Assembly (NCBI GenBank): GCA_963833425.1
Contig: CAWHXP010000003.1
Span: 1 to 64,000, forward strand
Origin: an uncultured Methanosarcinaceae archaeon
Lineage (GTDB): Archaea; Halobacteriota; Methanosarcinia; Methanosarcinales; Methanosarcinaceae
Reading direction: 5' to 3'
Length of the DNA stretch: 64,000 bases
This document shows positions 25,893-37,708 of the stretch, piece after piece (the first letter of the stretch is position 1; the number at the start of each line of letters is the position of its first letter). Below the pieces are notes generated by a model. That model did no database searches and was not told the DNA's origin. It saw nothing but the letters and a program-made list of their open reading frames with translations. Both the position numbers and the translations under genes were made by a program.

Positions 25893-27047
25893 AGTTACAA
25901 AGCGGAATAGAAAAATTATATGGATCAGCGGAAGTAAATGCATACATATAAATTTAAAGTGTAGATAACTTCTTGAAGGATAAATTGAAGACTTCCAGAA
26001 GATTTCTCTTACCAATACCTCCTATAAAACTTCTCCCCAAAATTCGTTCAGTTATTACATTTTCTAATTTTTGCTTGATACTCGTTATAACTTGTATCAC
26101 TCTTAAAGAAGAATATCTTGCTTTGAAGTACTCTACTTCTGTAAAACACTCTATCTTTTCTGATAAATCTACATTTAAATCAAGAAGCTATGAAGCTGTT
26201 GTTTTGAATCTTCTGATCCACTCGTAATCCCCCTCTTTCATGCATGAAATTTATATACAAAGTATGATTTACCATGCCTTTTGTCCAGATTCAAGATATC
26301 CACAATTTCTTCTAGATTTAACCAGTTGATAATCCCAGTGTTGCTAAAATTATCTTTGGTCGCAAAGCTCCAACTTCCCACAAATTTACACAAAAATGTC
26401 ATTCAATTTATCCGCACGACAGTAACTTAAAAATTATTTAACTTTAATGAATAATAGTAGACAAGTAGGCGAACAAATAAGATATCTACATATATAGAAT
26501 GGTTGATATCGGATTTTACAAATTATATGGCTAACGGAAAAAAGATTTATTACTTTATAAAGAATTGGTTGGCTAGAATACTAAAATGGAACAAAACCTT
26601 CATATTTGAGTTTTATTGAGCCGTTTGATTGTAAATTGATAAATGCTGGGTAAATTTTATTAAAATCTTAAGGACAGTATACTGATTTTTGGCAAACATA
26701 TGGAATTTCATTCCAAATAGAATATGTACGATAAAGATGAGGATCAAAATCCGAATAAATTAAGTATAAATATTTACATCCAAAGCTATATCGATTTTTT
26801 GAAATTTTATTTGCTCAATGAGTTTATGATAATGTATAATAATTGATTTATAACTTAGTATTATAACTATTTTTGAGCCCGCTGATTTAGATAATATCTA
26901 AAAACAATTTTTTTTACAATTCTGACAGAATTTAGTTTCCCCTTCACCTAAAAACATTTTCCCTTTTCTATTCCAGGCTCGAAGATTTCTCAGAGCGTTC
27001 TTTCAAGCAGCACAGCTTTCAATTAATTTTAAATTATACGGCAACTT

Positions 27048-27851
27048 ATGGAAAAGCTGATGGCCCAAAAAATTCTGATTACCAATGATGACGGTGTATA
27101 TTCCACAGGCCTTAAAGCTGCTTTCGATAGCGTTTCTGATCTTGGAGAAGTTACAATTTCGGCTCCTGCTGTTCAGCAGAGCGGGGTCGGTCGTTCGATC
27201 TCTATCTTCGAGCCCCTTCGAATTACAAAGACAGATGTAGGAGGCATAACTGCGTATGCTGTGAGTGGAACTCCTACAGACTCTGTAATTCTGGGCATCT
27301 TCACTATTCTCAAGGAAATGCCTGACTTAGTGCTCTCCGGCTTTAACATAGGAGAAAACATAAGCACGGATACGATTACTACCTCAGGAACAATCGGAGG
27401 AGCACTGGAAGCTGCAAGTTACGGCATTCCTGCAATTGCAGCTTCCATGCAAGTGCTCGATGAAGGACAGAAATTCGACGATCCTAGAGACTATCACAGA
27501 GACCGTTTCGAAGCCGGGATTAAAGTCGTGAACAGGATTGCCCTAAATGTCCTAAAGCATGGAATGCCAGAGAATGTGGACCTCCTGAATATCAATATAC
27601 CTTATCATGCCGAGGAAAATACACCGATAGAGATAACTCGCCTTGCACGGAAAGTTTTTAAAACTGATGTCGAAGAACGTCATGATCCTAGAGGCAGACC
27701 CTATTATTGGATTGCTGGAAAAATGATCAAGCAAGAAGAAGAAGGGACAGATGTGCACTCAATAATGCAAAAAGGCCACGTCTCAATAACTCCTGTTTCT
27801 CTGGATGCAACTGCCAGGATAGATTTTTCCGAGATCACAAAGTATCTCTAA
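27048..27851 (+). CDS. surE: 5'/3'-nucleotidase SurE
   Basis: ILITNDDG, QQSGVGRS, SGTPTDS, SGFNIGEN, SGTIGGALEA and DPRGRPYYW. The start could be the ATG at 27060. Confidence 0.95.
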   Translation: MEKLMAQKILITNDDGVYSTGLKAAFDSVSDLGEVTISAPAVQQSGVGRSISIFEPLRITKTDVGGITAYAVSGTPTDSVILGIFTILKEMPDLVLSGFNIGENISTDTITTSGTIGGALEAASYGIPAIAASMQVLDEGQKFDDPRDYHRDRFEAGIKVVNRIALNVLKHGMPENVDLLNINIPYHAEENTPIEITRLARKVFKTDVEERHDPRGRPYYWIAGKMIKQEEEGTDVHSIMQKGHVSITPVSLDATARIDFSEITKYL

Positions 27852-27877
27852 AGTACTCTCAAATTTTAAATCTTTTT

Positions 27878-27915
27878 TAAAATCAAAATTCTTGTGGCGT
27901 AGAATTTTGATTTTA
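27878..27915 (+). terminator. Perfect 15-bp stem-loop downstream of surE
   Basis: TAAAATCAAAATTCT-TGTGGCGT-AGAATTTTGATTTTA, flanked by T tracts. Confidence 0.5.
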
Positions 27916-28049
27916 TTTTTAACCGATAAACTTTTTTGTGCCTCTTTTAAATAATTACATTATCAACCATTGAAAATATATATGCATTGAATTTGTTAAA
28001 AGATATGATTTTTATTTTGATATAATTGGTAATGCTGATTAGTTATACT

Positions 28050-28290
28050 TTTTCATTGGTTCTGAACCAAAAGATTTTACTTCAAAAGTGATGAGGTTAT
28101 GAAAAGTATCACAGCAAGAAAGATCTTAAGAGAACACCGTGAAATTAAAAGGTAGTTAAGGTTTGAGAAAAGTGGTAAGGGTTACATTGCAAATGTGAAT
28201 AATGATACAACTTTAAAGTAATTAAAAACTATGTTGGAAATAAAGGAAATTAGGAAGAAAAGAAGCATATGAGAAAATGGAAATATTTGA
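28050..28290 (+). mobile_element. IS200/IS605-family TnpA (Y1) C-terminal remnant
   Basis: Reads FIGSEPK..SKVM.VMKSITARKILREHREIKR*..GYIANVNNDTTLKVIKNYV, matching the KSITAR...GY...VIKNYV pattern of TnpA. Confidence 0.7.
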
Positions 28291-28440
28291 TTTTAAATAA
28301 ATTCTTTGAACCCCGATCTATGAATGAATATGAGCAGTTGCTTGCCTAGTGAAGAGGTTATCCACAAAAATCTGATTTTCACCCTAAATCAGAGCAGAAA
28401 GCATCCCTCTATTAAGCAATGACTTACCAAGTGAATCAAA

Positions 28441-29199
28441 ATGTCAGATCCGATCAAACATGCCAGAGACCATGTAAAAATCCCAATTAAAGAACACTTT
28501 CAACTTAAGGAAACCATAGTTACGATAGTAGCCAACAACCAAGATTTTATAGAAGTCGCAAAAAAGTCAATTCGAACCCACAGGGCAGCCCTCGAAACTT
28601 ACATCCATTTAGACCCTTATTTTCAGCTTACCCTTGAACCCTATGAATGCCCAAAAATTGCGCCTGAAGTTGTTAAGAGAATGATAAAAGCTGGGAATAT
28701 GATGGGTGTAGGTCCAATGAGTGCAGTTGCAGGTACAATTTCTGCCCTAGCAGTGGAAGCTATGGTAGAAGCCGGAGCAAGGTATGCCATCGTTGATAAT
28801 GGAGGTGATATAGCACTAATTAACGATCGACCTATCGTTGTTGGGATCTACTCAGGGCAATCCCCTATTAAAAACCTGGGATTGATTCTCGAGCCACGAG
28901 ACTCAATAACAGGTATATGCACTTCAGCAGGGACAGTCGGCCCCTCAATAAGTTTTGGAGAGGCGGATGCCGCCTCAGTGTTCTCAGATGATGTTTCTCT
29001 GGCAGATGCAGCTGCAACATCACTTGGAAATGAAGTCGGTCTCGGAAAAGAATCTATAAAGGCTTCTTTTAACTCGGTAAAAGGGATTCCAGGAATAAAA
29101 GGTGCAATCGTGATTCAAGGGGAATACATGGGTATGTGGGGCCATATCCCAAAAATTACCCAAGTTAATGTGAAATACGAATGCATAACAAAAGCGTGA
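28441..29199 (+). CDS. UPF0280 / ApbE-like family protein
   Basis: [36 protein letters not shown] and [11 protein letters not shown]. Confidence 0.88.
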   Translation: MSDPIKHARDHVKIPIKEHFQLKETIVTIVANNQDFIEVAKKSIRTHRAALETYIHLDPYFQLTLEPYECPKIAPEVVKRMIKAGNMMGVGPMSAVAGTISALAVEAMVEAGARYAIVDNGGDIALINDRPIVVGIYSGQSPIKNLGLILEPRDSITGICTSAGTVGPSISFGEADAASVFSDDVSLADAAATSLGNEVGLGKESIKASFNSVKGIPGIKGAIVIQGEYMGMWGHIPKITQVNVKYECITKA

Positions 29200-29746
29200 A
29201 TATTAGATTGAAACCTTTCAGAAACCTTTTTGCAGATTTCGCGATTATCTTTTGGTCTCTGTTGCGGAAATAGCTTTTTTGCTCGAATATTATTGATCAT
29301 TCAGCTGACTTTACTCCTAACTTATATTGATACTATGCTTATAATAATTAGTTCCATAATAGTTATTATAGAAATAGTCTCTCGCGTTTCTCGGAGGTGA
29401 AAATATTATTAATATGTGATTCTAGCCCTGAGAAGGTTGTTGACTATGTATAAGTCTTCAACAATTGGCTCAGATGATAAGTAAAATTTCACCCCTTTTC
29501 ACGAGTTTTACATGAAATTAATGTCGAATGTCGATTGCGGTGAATAATTACCTTTCTAAGGAAGATTTCAGTGAGACCTACAAAGGAATAAGCAGCCGAA
29601 ACTTTGATTGCAAAAAATATCGTATAGAAATAAAGTATCATAGAAAAAAAGATAAATATAGAAGTAAATGAACATAAAATATAACTTTGAATCGTATTAA
29701 TAAGGCAGAAGTTTAAAAGCCTATTTACACATGATCAAATTGTGGT

Positions 29747-29780
29747 GTCGCACCCCACAGCAAGCTGGGGGGTATGCGAC
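29747..29780. mobile_element. Isolated IS200/IS605-type terminal hairpin
   Basis: GTCGCA-CCCCACAGC-AA-GCTGGGGGG-TATGCGAC is a GC-rich palindrome in AT-rich DNA. It resembles the CCCCGCAGC(AA)GCTGCGGGG ends of this family. Confidence 0.55.
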
Positions 29781-30089
29781 TTAATGAAAACTTATTATTC
29801 TGTCAAATTTGAGTTTCATTCAAAAATCATCGGATTCGATGCATTTTGGGATAATTAAAATGAAGATTTATTATTCCTATATCAAAGCGAACTAGAATGA
29901 ATTTTGTGGGTAAAAATAAATATTCAAATTTCAATTGTTATTTAATTTTCCCTATTTTGGCCAGTTTAAATCCCCTATATTTTGACATAGATTTTGCTCA
30001 AATTTCATAAATTTACTAAAAATTACTGGTAGAGATTCATCTTTTTATGCCCTATTTCTTCCTTTCAACCTGTAACAAACTTTCAGCAA

Positions 30090-30430
30090 ATTATCCCAAA
30101 ATAGTATTGTTCCACAATTTTGTTTCATCAAACCTATTTTTTAACTTTATTTAAGATCGTGATTTGAATTACCACTTCTGAGTCAACTTACATCTTTCTT
30201 CTATAAACACTTGTATCAAAATGAAAATTAATTTCAATGTTAGCTTTTGAACTCTTTTTTCAATTTGATCGAGTACTTTTTCCCGGTTTTACTATCCGTT
30301 TTCTGAGTTTCCATTCTGCGAAAGAATAAATCATCAAAGTTGAGACATGCTCATTTACAAAGCTTCAATTCTCTGAAATTTTTTTGAACAACTTTCAGAA
30401 GCCCTGAAAATGATTAACTCTCATATCCAT
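30090..30430 (-). mobile_element. IS1634-family transposase C-terminal remnant
   Basis: Reverse frames give FRASE...RIEAL*...IYSFAEWKLRKR...VLDQ...VQK..TLKLIF, the IS1634 C-terminal pattern. Confidence 0.65.
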
Positions 30431-31142
30431 CAACAATATTTATAGATTGCCTAAGTGTTAATAATACAACTATTAATACAAGAAACAATAATTCACTGAT
30501 GAGCCAACGATAATTCATGATCTCTGCTACATTAAGATTAATTCAGAAATAATAAGAACTAAGTACCATTTATCGAAAGTATTAGCTTAAAAAAGTGCTT
30601 CAAAGTAAGCCTTCTTATTTGGAAAATTTTGTGTAATGTAATCTCGCAAAATATCTGCAAATTATAGAGAATCTAGATAAAACTCTGATTTTCTCGATTC
30701 ATTGCTAAACAATTTATAATCATAATATCAAATTAATGGGTTTATCTAAATTCCTTCTATATAATTAGTACATGTTTCGGATTTTCAATGATTTATAGTT
30801 TCTCAGGTCTTTGAAAGTTACCAAAGGACAGTAAAATTGTTGATAATAAATACTTATTGTTGCAGAAACCTACAGATACTTCTAAAAAAATTTTGAAGGA
30901 CTATCGCCTCTAAATGCTTATAAGATCTAAAATACAAAATATAGAAAAAGCGAATGACAGAAACGGAATCAAAGGTAATTTATTGATTTTTAGTGATGGA
31001 TAGGGCAACCTAGCGAATCAGTACGATTCAAAGCTGATTAAAAGAAATAGATTCTGTTGAAATCAGAAGTTTATTCTGAACTATAATAAACAATAGAAAT
31101 TAGGAAAACGCAGGTTCGAGAGAACCAACGGTGTTGATATTA

Positions 31143-33272
31143 ATGAGTAAGGAATGTCCAGACTGCCATGGGCGCAGCAATGAACTTATTTCAACTAATG
31201 TATGTCCTCAATGTAAGGGAAAAGGTAAGTCAAAATCAGTAGATTTCATGAAATTTTCGGAAAAAGATATTGACAGCTTCCTGAAAGAAGGAGCAACATG
31301 TGAAAAATGCAAGGGTACTGGAAATTTTGAAATAACCATACAATGTAAAACTTGCGAAGGGCTCGGAAAAATATACACCTGTAATGTTTGTGGGACGCGA
31401 ATTTTGGAACTTCGGGATACTGAGGAGATATGCGATTCCTGCTCCAGTTCTCAATATGTTTATTCGCTTGATGATTCCTGCGATATTAAGGACGTTGAAG
31501 CAGAAAAAATTTACCATGGCGTAGTAAACAGTAAAGCATCTTTTGGAGTTTTTGTGGACCTTAATCCACATATAAGGGGGCTTATGCACTCTAGCAATGT
31601 TGGAACCCTACCTGAGAGGGGAGATGCCGTAATCGTGTTGGTGAAAAGCATCAAAGCTGGAGGAAAACTCGACCTAATTCCGAAAACCCTTAAAAAATAT
31701 GAAACAATTGAAATTGAGAAAGAGCTCCCACTTAAGAACTCTGCTGAAATAGACCCAAGTATGAAAGGTAGGATCATCCGAATAGAAGGAGATGTTATCC
31801 AGGTAAAGCAAACCAGTGGGCCAACTATTTTCACTATTAACGATGAAGGAGGCTTTATTCAGTGTGCAGCTTTCGAGAGCGCAGGGAAACGCTCCTATCC
31901 ACACATCGATTCAGGTATGATTGTTTCAATGACTGGGGAAGTGACTTTGAGAGATGAGCAGGTTCAGATCGAAGTCATGAGTATGAAACTGCTTACAGGA
32001 ATAAAGGAGACAGCTGTTAGGGCTAGAGTTGAAAAGGTAATTGATGAAAAGGCATCGCCTTCTGAAATTCCGTTTCTTATAAAAAGCGATATTATGGAGA
32101 AACTCAAACCTAGGATGCTCCTTATAGCTAAAGAAATTAAGAAAGCTATATTCCATTCAAAACCCATAATACTCAGGCATCATGCTGATGCTGATGGTAT
32201 CACCTCTGCAATTGCAATTGAGAGAGCTATACTGCCCCTTATTACTGATATCGGTGGAACAGACGCAGAATATTATTTTTACAAGCGTGCTCCTTCGAAG
32301 GCACCTTATTATGAACTTGCGGATGTTACAAGGGATATTTCATTTGCACTTGAAGATTCCTCAAGGCACGGGCAGAAAATGCCGCTTGTAATTCTTGTGG
32401 ACAACGGGTCAACCGAAGAGGATGTTCCAGCCATGCGGCAGGCAGAGATTTATGGCATTGAAATGCTCGTTATTGACCACCATCATCCTGAAGACATAGT
32501 GGATCAGTATCTTATAGGACACGTAAATCCCGCACATGTAGGAGGGGATTTTGGGGTTACTTCAGGTATGCTCTGTACTGAAATTGCTCGCATGATCAAT
32601 CCCAACGTTAGCGATACAATAAAGCATCTTCCTGCAGTTTCAGCAGTTGGAGACCGTTCGGAAGCTCCTGAAGCTGAAAAATATATCTCTCTGGTTTCAG
32701 ACCACTATACTCTTGAAGAATTAAAAAAAATGGCTTTAGCACTGGATTATGAACAATTCTGGCTGAAATTTAGCACTGGGAAAGGCCTTATCGATGATAT
32801 CCTAGATCTAGGTGATAATGCTATCCACAATAAGCTGATTTCTCTCCTGTGTGAGCAGGCAAATACCATGATAAAAGAACAACTTGAAACATGTCTTTTT
32901 AATGTTAAGTCTCAGAAATTAGCAAACGGTGCTATCATGAACGTTATCGATGTCGAGAATTATGCACAAAAATTCACTTTTCCGCCACCTGGAAAAACCT
33001 CTGGGGAAGTCCACGATGTACTTGTCAAAAAAAATCCCAATAGAGCCATAGTGACTATAGGATATGGGCCTGACTTTGCTGTCATTCGTTCAAAAGGCAT
33101 TCTTATGAATATTCCACGAATTGTAAGGGAACTTAGAGAAGAAATGAAAGGTGCAGGTATCAGCGGAGGAGGTCACCTTGTCGTGGGCAGTATCAAGTTT
33201 GTAGAAGGGATGAGGACCGAGGTACTATCAAAGCTTTCCGAAAAAATAGCATCTACGAAAGTCGAGCATTGA
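31143..33272 (+). CDS. RecJ-like DHH phosphoesterase with DnaJ-type Zn fingers, S1 and OB domains (COG1107-like)
   Basis: Repeated CxxCxGxG motifs, S1 (FGVFVDL), OB (VKQTSGPTIF), HHADADG, VDNGS, IDHHH and GGGH. Confidence 0.92.
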   Translation: MSKECPDCHGRSNELISTNVCPQCKGKGKSKSVDFMKFSEKDIDSFLKEGATCEKCKGTGNFEITIQCKTCEGLGKIYTCNVCGTRILELRDTEEICDSCSSSQYVYSLDDSCDIKDVEAEKIYHGVVNSKASFGVFVDLNPHIRGLMHSSNVGTLPERGDAVIVLVKSIKAGGKLDLIPKTLKKYETIEIEKELPLKNSAEIDPSMKGRIIRIEGDVIQVKQTSGPTIFTINDEGGFIQCAAFESAGKRSYPHIDSGMIVSMTGEVTLRDEQVQIEVMSMKLLTGIKETAVRARVEKVIDEKASPSEIPFLIKSDIMEKLKPRMLLIAKEIKKAIFHSKPIILRHHADADGITSAIAIERAILPLITDIGGTDAEYYFYKRAPSKAPYYELADVTRDISFALEDSSRHGQKMPLVILVDNGSTEEDVPAMRQAEIYGIEMLVIDHHHPEDIVDQYLIGHVNPAHVGGDFGVTSGMLCTEIARMINPNVSDTIKHLPAVSAVGDRSEAPEAEKYISLVSDHYTLEELKKMALALDYEQFWLKFSTGKGLIDDILDLGDNAIHNKLISLLCEQANTMIKEQLETCLFNVKSQKLANGAIMNVIDVENYAQKFTFPPPGKTSGEVHDVLVKKNPNRAIVTIGYGPDFAVIRSKGILMNIPRIVRELREEMKGAGISGGGHLVVGSIKFVEGMRTEVLSKLSEKIASTKVEH

Positions 33273-33778
33273 TTTGATAAATATCATTTATTTCAGTTCC
33301 TTTACAATAGCATCTGTGGATTTAAGGAAATGAAATATTTTTTATGCAAAGTTACAGATAATTTGTGACCCAAAATTTGAAATTTGATTTTTATGTTGAA
33401 ATAAAACTTTATATTTTTAATGAATGAAGAAATGATATTATGCCAACAAATTTTTGATTCATTTTTGACGATTCATGGACAGGTAATTCTCATCTTTTTG
33501 ATAAATTTTTATCAAACTTTTTGATATCGAATCCGACAGATTATATGGAAAATGAAAAAAATATTTACTAATGTATACAAAGTTGTATAGCAAAAATACT
33601 GAAATAGAAGAAAATTTTCATGTCTAAACATCTTTTTTTAGTTTATAGATTTGAAACTACATATACTAAATAATTTTAATGAAAGCTACAATTTTATGCA
33701 GTCGATTTTTGTCTAACAATACAAATTTTGAGCTATGCGGCAGATTTTTTTTTCGTTTGCTGTGTTTTAGTAGTAAAA

Positions 33779-34135
33779 CTACTCCCCATTTTCCCATTTT
33801 TCCAGTTCCTGCCCTAACCTATCGGCCCAGGAATTAACTACAATCATTATAATATTTTTTATTTTAGTTCTAGAATGGATTTTATATTTGAAAACGTACC
33901 CCCCTCCATCCAGATTCTGCTGGAACCTGTACAAAATTTCTTTTTCATGCAATTTTTTTACGGAACGCTGGATTGTTGAGATGTCCATAGTCAAAATTTC
34001 TGAAAGAAAGTATGTATCAGCCCACTGCTCTGTTTCTTTTAAAAAATATTTCATAACCTTGAGGTCTGCTTTTGTTAGATTAAGGGCACATTTAATTACA
34101 TCTTCTATTTTGAACTCTTTACAAGCAAAATCCAT
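33779..34135 (-). CDS. TrmB/MarR-like wHTH transcriptional regulator (COG3355-like)
   Basis: EDVIKCALNLTKADLKV...DISTIQRSVKKLHEKEIL..QNLDGGGYVFKY. Confidence 0.85.
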   Translation of the reverse strand: MDFACKEFKIEDVIKCALNLTKADLKVMKYFLKETEQWADTYFLSEILTMDISTIQRSVKKLHEKEILYRFQQNLDGGGYVFKYKIHSRTKIKNIIMIVVNSWADRLGQELEKWENGE

Positions 34136-35142
34136 TGTCTCACTCCATCGGAATTGCTACAGTAAGGTATATCTTATCAGTAGTAGTTATGTATTAATAA
34201 ATGCTATACTCACCAGCCAAAAATATGATACACATATTTTTTAATAACTGTGTTTCAAGCTTACATACATTCAATAACCAAAAAATTTACTGCGTGGGAA
34301 ATAAGATTCATAAAGCAATATGAAAGCATTTTGACAATTTTAAATTACTATTGATGGTATTGGTTTGTTTTTTTGTTATACACTTCTAAAACTAGATAAT
34401 GAATTTAATTCAATTACTTCTGTAGCTTCTTTACATACACTTATTTGTTCAATAAGAACATTTGTGAGCTGCAGTCTAAAAATCTGCATTTTTGACATTT
34501 ATTTTTTGAGGTAACCTTTCATTCTATCAGTTAACTGAATATGTAATGAAAGTAATGTTTCCCACACAATGCTGGACTCATAAGGAAAAAATTGTATTTG
34601 TCGGCAAAAGTTTTAGTCTTGTAGAGGTTTGCTTGGATTTCGATACTCTTATTATTTTCTATTTTTCAAATTTTAACTCAAGATCTTACAAAAAAAATAA
34701 AATTTTAACTTCATTTAAATAATTTTTCATTATGATTAATGAAAACAAGTCAATAGACATGTTAGTCATAAAAACAATATTTAAAAGCAATATAATTACT
34801 TCAGTATTTCATTAATCTTCACTTCCACATAAAAAGAAGTCTCATACACTTTTATATTCGATACAAACACTCGTAGATACTTTTCTACCATATAATTTTG
34901 GATATAGTACTGAAATAGGATTTAAGTCACAAATTATTGATGCTTCATTAACACTTTTAATCGATTATATAAATGTTGATGGTTCACTTAAATTGGAAGT
35001 ATTTTAGTGCAGTTGTGAGTATGGAATCGGTCATAATTCTGTTCGCTCGGTCTCAAAAAACAGTACCTTATGCTGAGTGTTAAATGTCATATGTAACCCT
35101 TAATAAAAATGAAGATCATAGAGATTATACAGTCACTGAAAG

Positions 35143-35994
35143 GGTTCCGTTGCAAAAAGATTACGAGGGAGATACAATGAAATAAGAATTTAGGAGGGTA
35201 TGGTATGCAAATAAATGCCTTTAAATGGAAAAACTTTACAGGAGAAATCATCTTGCAAACAGTAAGATGGTACTTAAATTATTCATTGCGCTATAAAAAT
35301 TTAGAGGAAATAATGGCAGAAAGAGGAATTAAAGTTGACCATACAACAATCATGAGATGGGTACATCAATATTCTCCTAAAATAGAAAAGAAGATAAGAA
35401 AGCATTTGAAGCCAACCAATGGCTCCTGGAGATTGGACGGAACATACATCAAAGTAAAAGGTGAATGGAAATATCTTTATTGTGCGGTTGATTCAGATGG
35501 AAATACAATTGATTTCATGCTAAGTGCAAAAAGAGATAGAAAACTCGCAAAGAAATTCTTTAAAAAGGCTTTGGGTTCAAATCAGAATCAAATGCCTAGA
35601 GTGATAACAATTGATAAGAATGCAGCTTATCCGAGAGCCATAGATGAACTGAAATAAGAGAAAAAGCTGTCTAAAAAAATTTAAATGAGACAAGTCAAGT
35701 ATTTGAATAACATTGTAGAACAAGATCATAGGTTTATCAAGCGGATAATTGCTCCAATGCTAAGCTTACAGTCTTTTCACTCTGCAAGTAAGATTTTAAA
35801 AGGAATTGAAGCTTTGAATATGGTTAAAAAAGGACAAATCAAGAATCTAAACTACTCTGGTCTTAATGAAGCTAAATATATTAATCAATTATTTGGAATA
35901 GTTCTGTAATATTGATACGTCTTTCTCGGATATTTTGACTTTTGTTCATCATCCATATTTTACATACTTATTCTGAGATTTTTGCAACGGAACC
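35143..35994 (+). mobile_element. IS6-family insertion sequence (852 bp) with an inactivated transposase
   Basis: Perfect 16-bp TIRs GGTTCCGTTGCAAAAA at 35143-35158 and 35979-35994. The 8-bp target duplication ACTGAAAG / ATTGAAAG matches at 7 of 8. The transposase (35205..35909) has two in-frame TAA stops (35655, 35682). Confidence 0.93.
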
Positions 35995-37376
35995 ATTGAA
36001 AGTTCCCCTTCAAAATCCAATAAAAGCTCTGAAAACAGGTAATATCTATGAACTACCTGTTGATCACACTGATACTACTTCTGGTGAAAAAATAAATTCA
36101 TTTTATGAAAAATACGTAATGTTTAGACGAGTAAAAAGTCAATAAAATCCTTTTATTCATAACTCCCTTTAAGCCACTAAAAATAAGAAAGATTTATTGC
36201 ATCAGTTATTCCTACAAAAAAAAGAAAATAGAGCAGAATGCCCATTATTTTATCTACCTTATCAAAAACTTAAGTTTTAAAATTAAGGTTATTGTTTGGC
36301 GGGAGTTTTATTCTGTAGATGTGCTTGAATTTTTCAAAATGATAAGATTCCACATATAGTTTCAGTTATTGAGAAAGGAAATCAGATTCAACAGATCCTG
36401 AAAGAGAGTAATGCACAGATCGAAAATATGCTATGAAGGATCTAATAAAAATTCTTTTAAATATTGTCATTCTTGTCAAGTGTCTTAAAGGAAAAACGAA
36501 GGAAGGAACGTAAAATCGCGATTTTTTTGGTTTTGGCGTTAAATAATCACCACGAAAAGTTTGCATAGTTTACAAAAGAAAGTTTGCTGTTGCATTATTA
36601 GACCGAAAGAGGAATTTGAATAAATCAAGGGCTTAAATTGGTAAATTCTCGATTTAATGCATTCGTACACTAATTGAAGATGGTTGAGAGAGAAATTGAG
36701 AGGATTAAGACGGTACTTAGTGTTTAAGGTATATAGATAGAATAGAATGTATCGAATGTATCGTGAAATTTCATCGATGAACTGAATTTAGTGAAACAAG
36801 AGGTTTATAAAAATTTTCTTCAACTGTCCAGAACAAATTTATATTCATTCTTCGGATATTTTATTAATTATATAAAAGAACTTTGTTAAATTTTTTAATG
36901 TTTAATATGTCTATAATTTCTTTTTGATTTAAAAGTTGCCAGCTTCCGTGATGCTAAATCATCGGTGAGCTCATGATCCCGTTTCCTAGGATGTACATAA
37001 GATTTACATTCATTTTATCCAAATGATATTAGCTTAAATTTTAGTTTGACTTCATTAATAATATTGGCAAGATAGACGAATGAATTATACATCTATGTGA
37101 ACCTACAGAATATCGAAGAAAAATGAGTCTAAAAGTTGTTAACCTCAATATTACCTCCTCATTCCCCCACAAATTTGAAAATTTCCTTTCAAAATAAAAA
37201 TAGAACTGTTAAATTGGAACGACAATTTAGGAATAATCTCTAGTTCAACAACTCAATTTCTGTGGATTAATCAACATGTATAGGGTATTTTTGCAACATA
37301 GACCTTTGCGGCAAAAACTTTATATAAAAAAACTCCTTTTATAAGTTACTTCAAATCTGAATTACCATGCTCCTGT

Positions 37377-37449
37377 GGCCGGGGTAGGGTAGAGGTCATC
37401 CTGTGGCCCTGTGGAGGCTACGATCCGAGTTCAATTCTCGGTCCCGGCC
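37377..37449 (+). tRNA. tRNA-His(GTG) with genome-encoded G-1; CCA not fully encoded
   Basis: G-GCCGGGG...TGGCC CTGTGGA GGCTA...CCGAG TTCAATT CTCGG TCCCGGC C gives a full cloverleaf with anticodon GTG and discriminator C. Confidence 0.95.
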
Positions 37450-37708
37450 CTTATTTTCCTTGAATATTTTTGCTGAAATTTTTCCATTCTAAGCCCTATG
37501 ATTTTTCAATTACTTGTAATTTAACACTTAACTGCAGCATATACTCCCATCTTCAATTGTCGTAATATTTACTAGCTTGAAGTATGAAATCAAATAAAAT
37601 TTATGTTTTGTTTGGATTTAAATTTTAGATGATTAAAGGTTTGTTGCTGCTGATTTTTCAGTTCAACTGTTGAAGTCCTATATCTAATAAATGTGAACAA
37701 GAACTCGC

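Noticed and set aside
25980..26400. Possible transposase remnant on the minus strand
   Set aside because: Some protein-like fragments (GIINWLNLEEIVDILNLDKRHG) but no diagnostic motif I can support.
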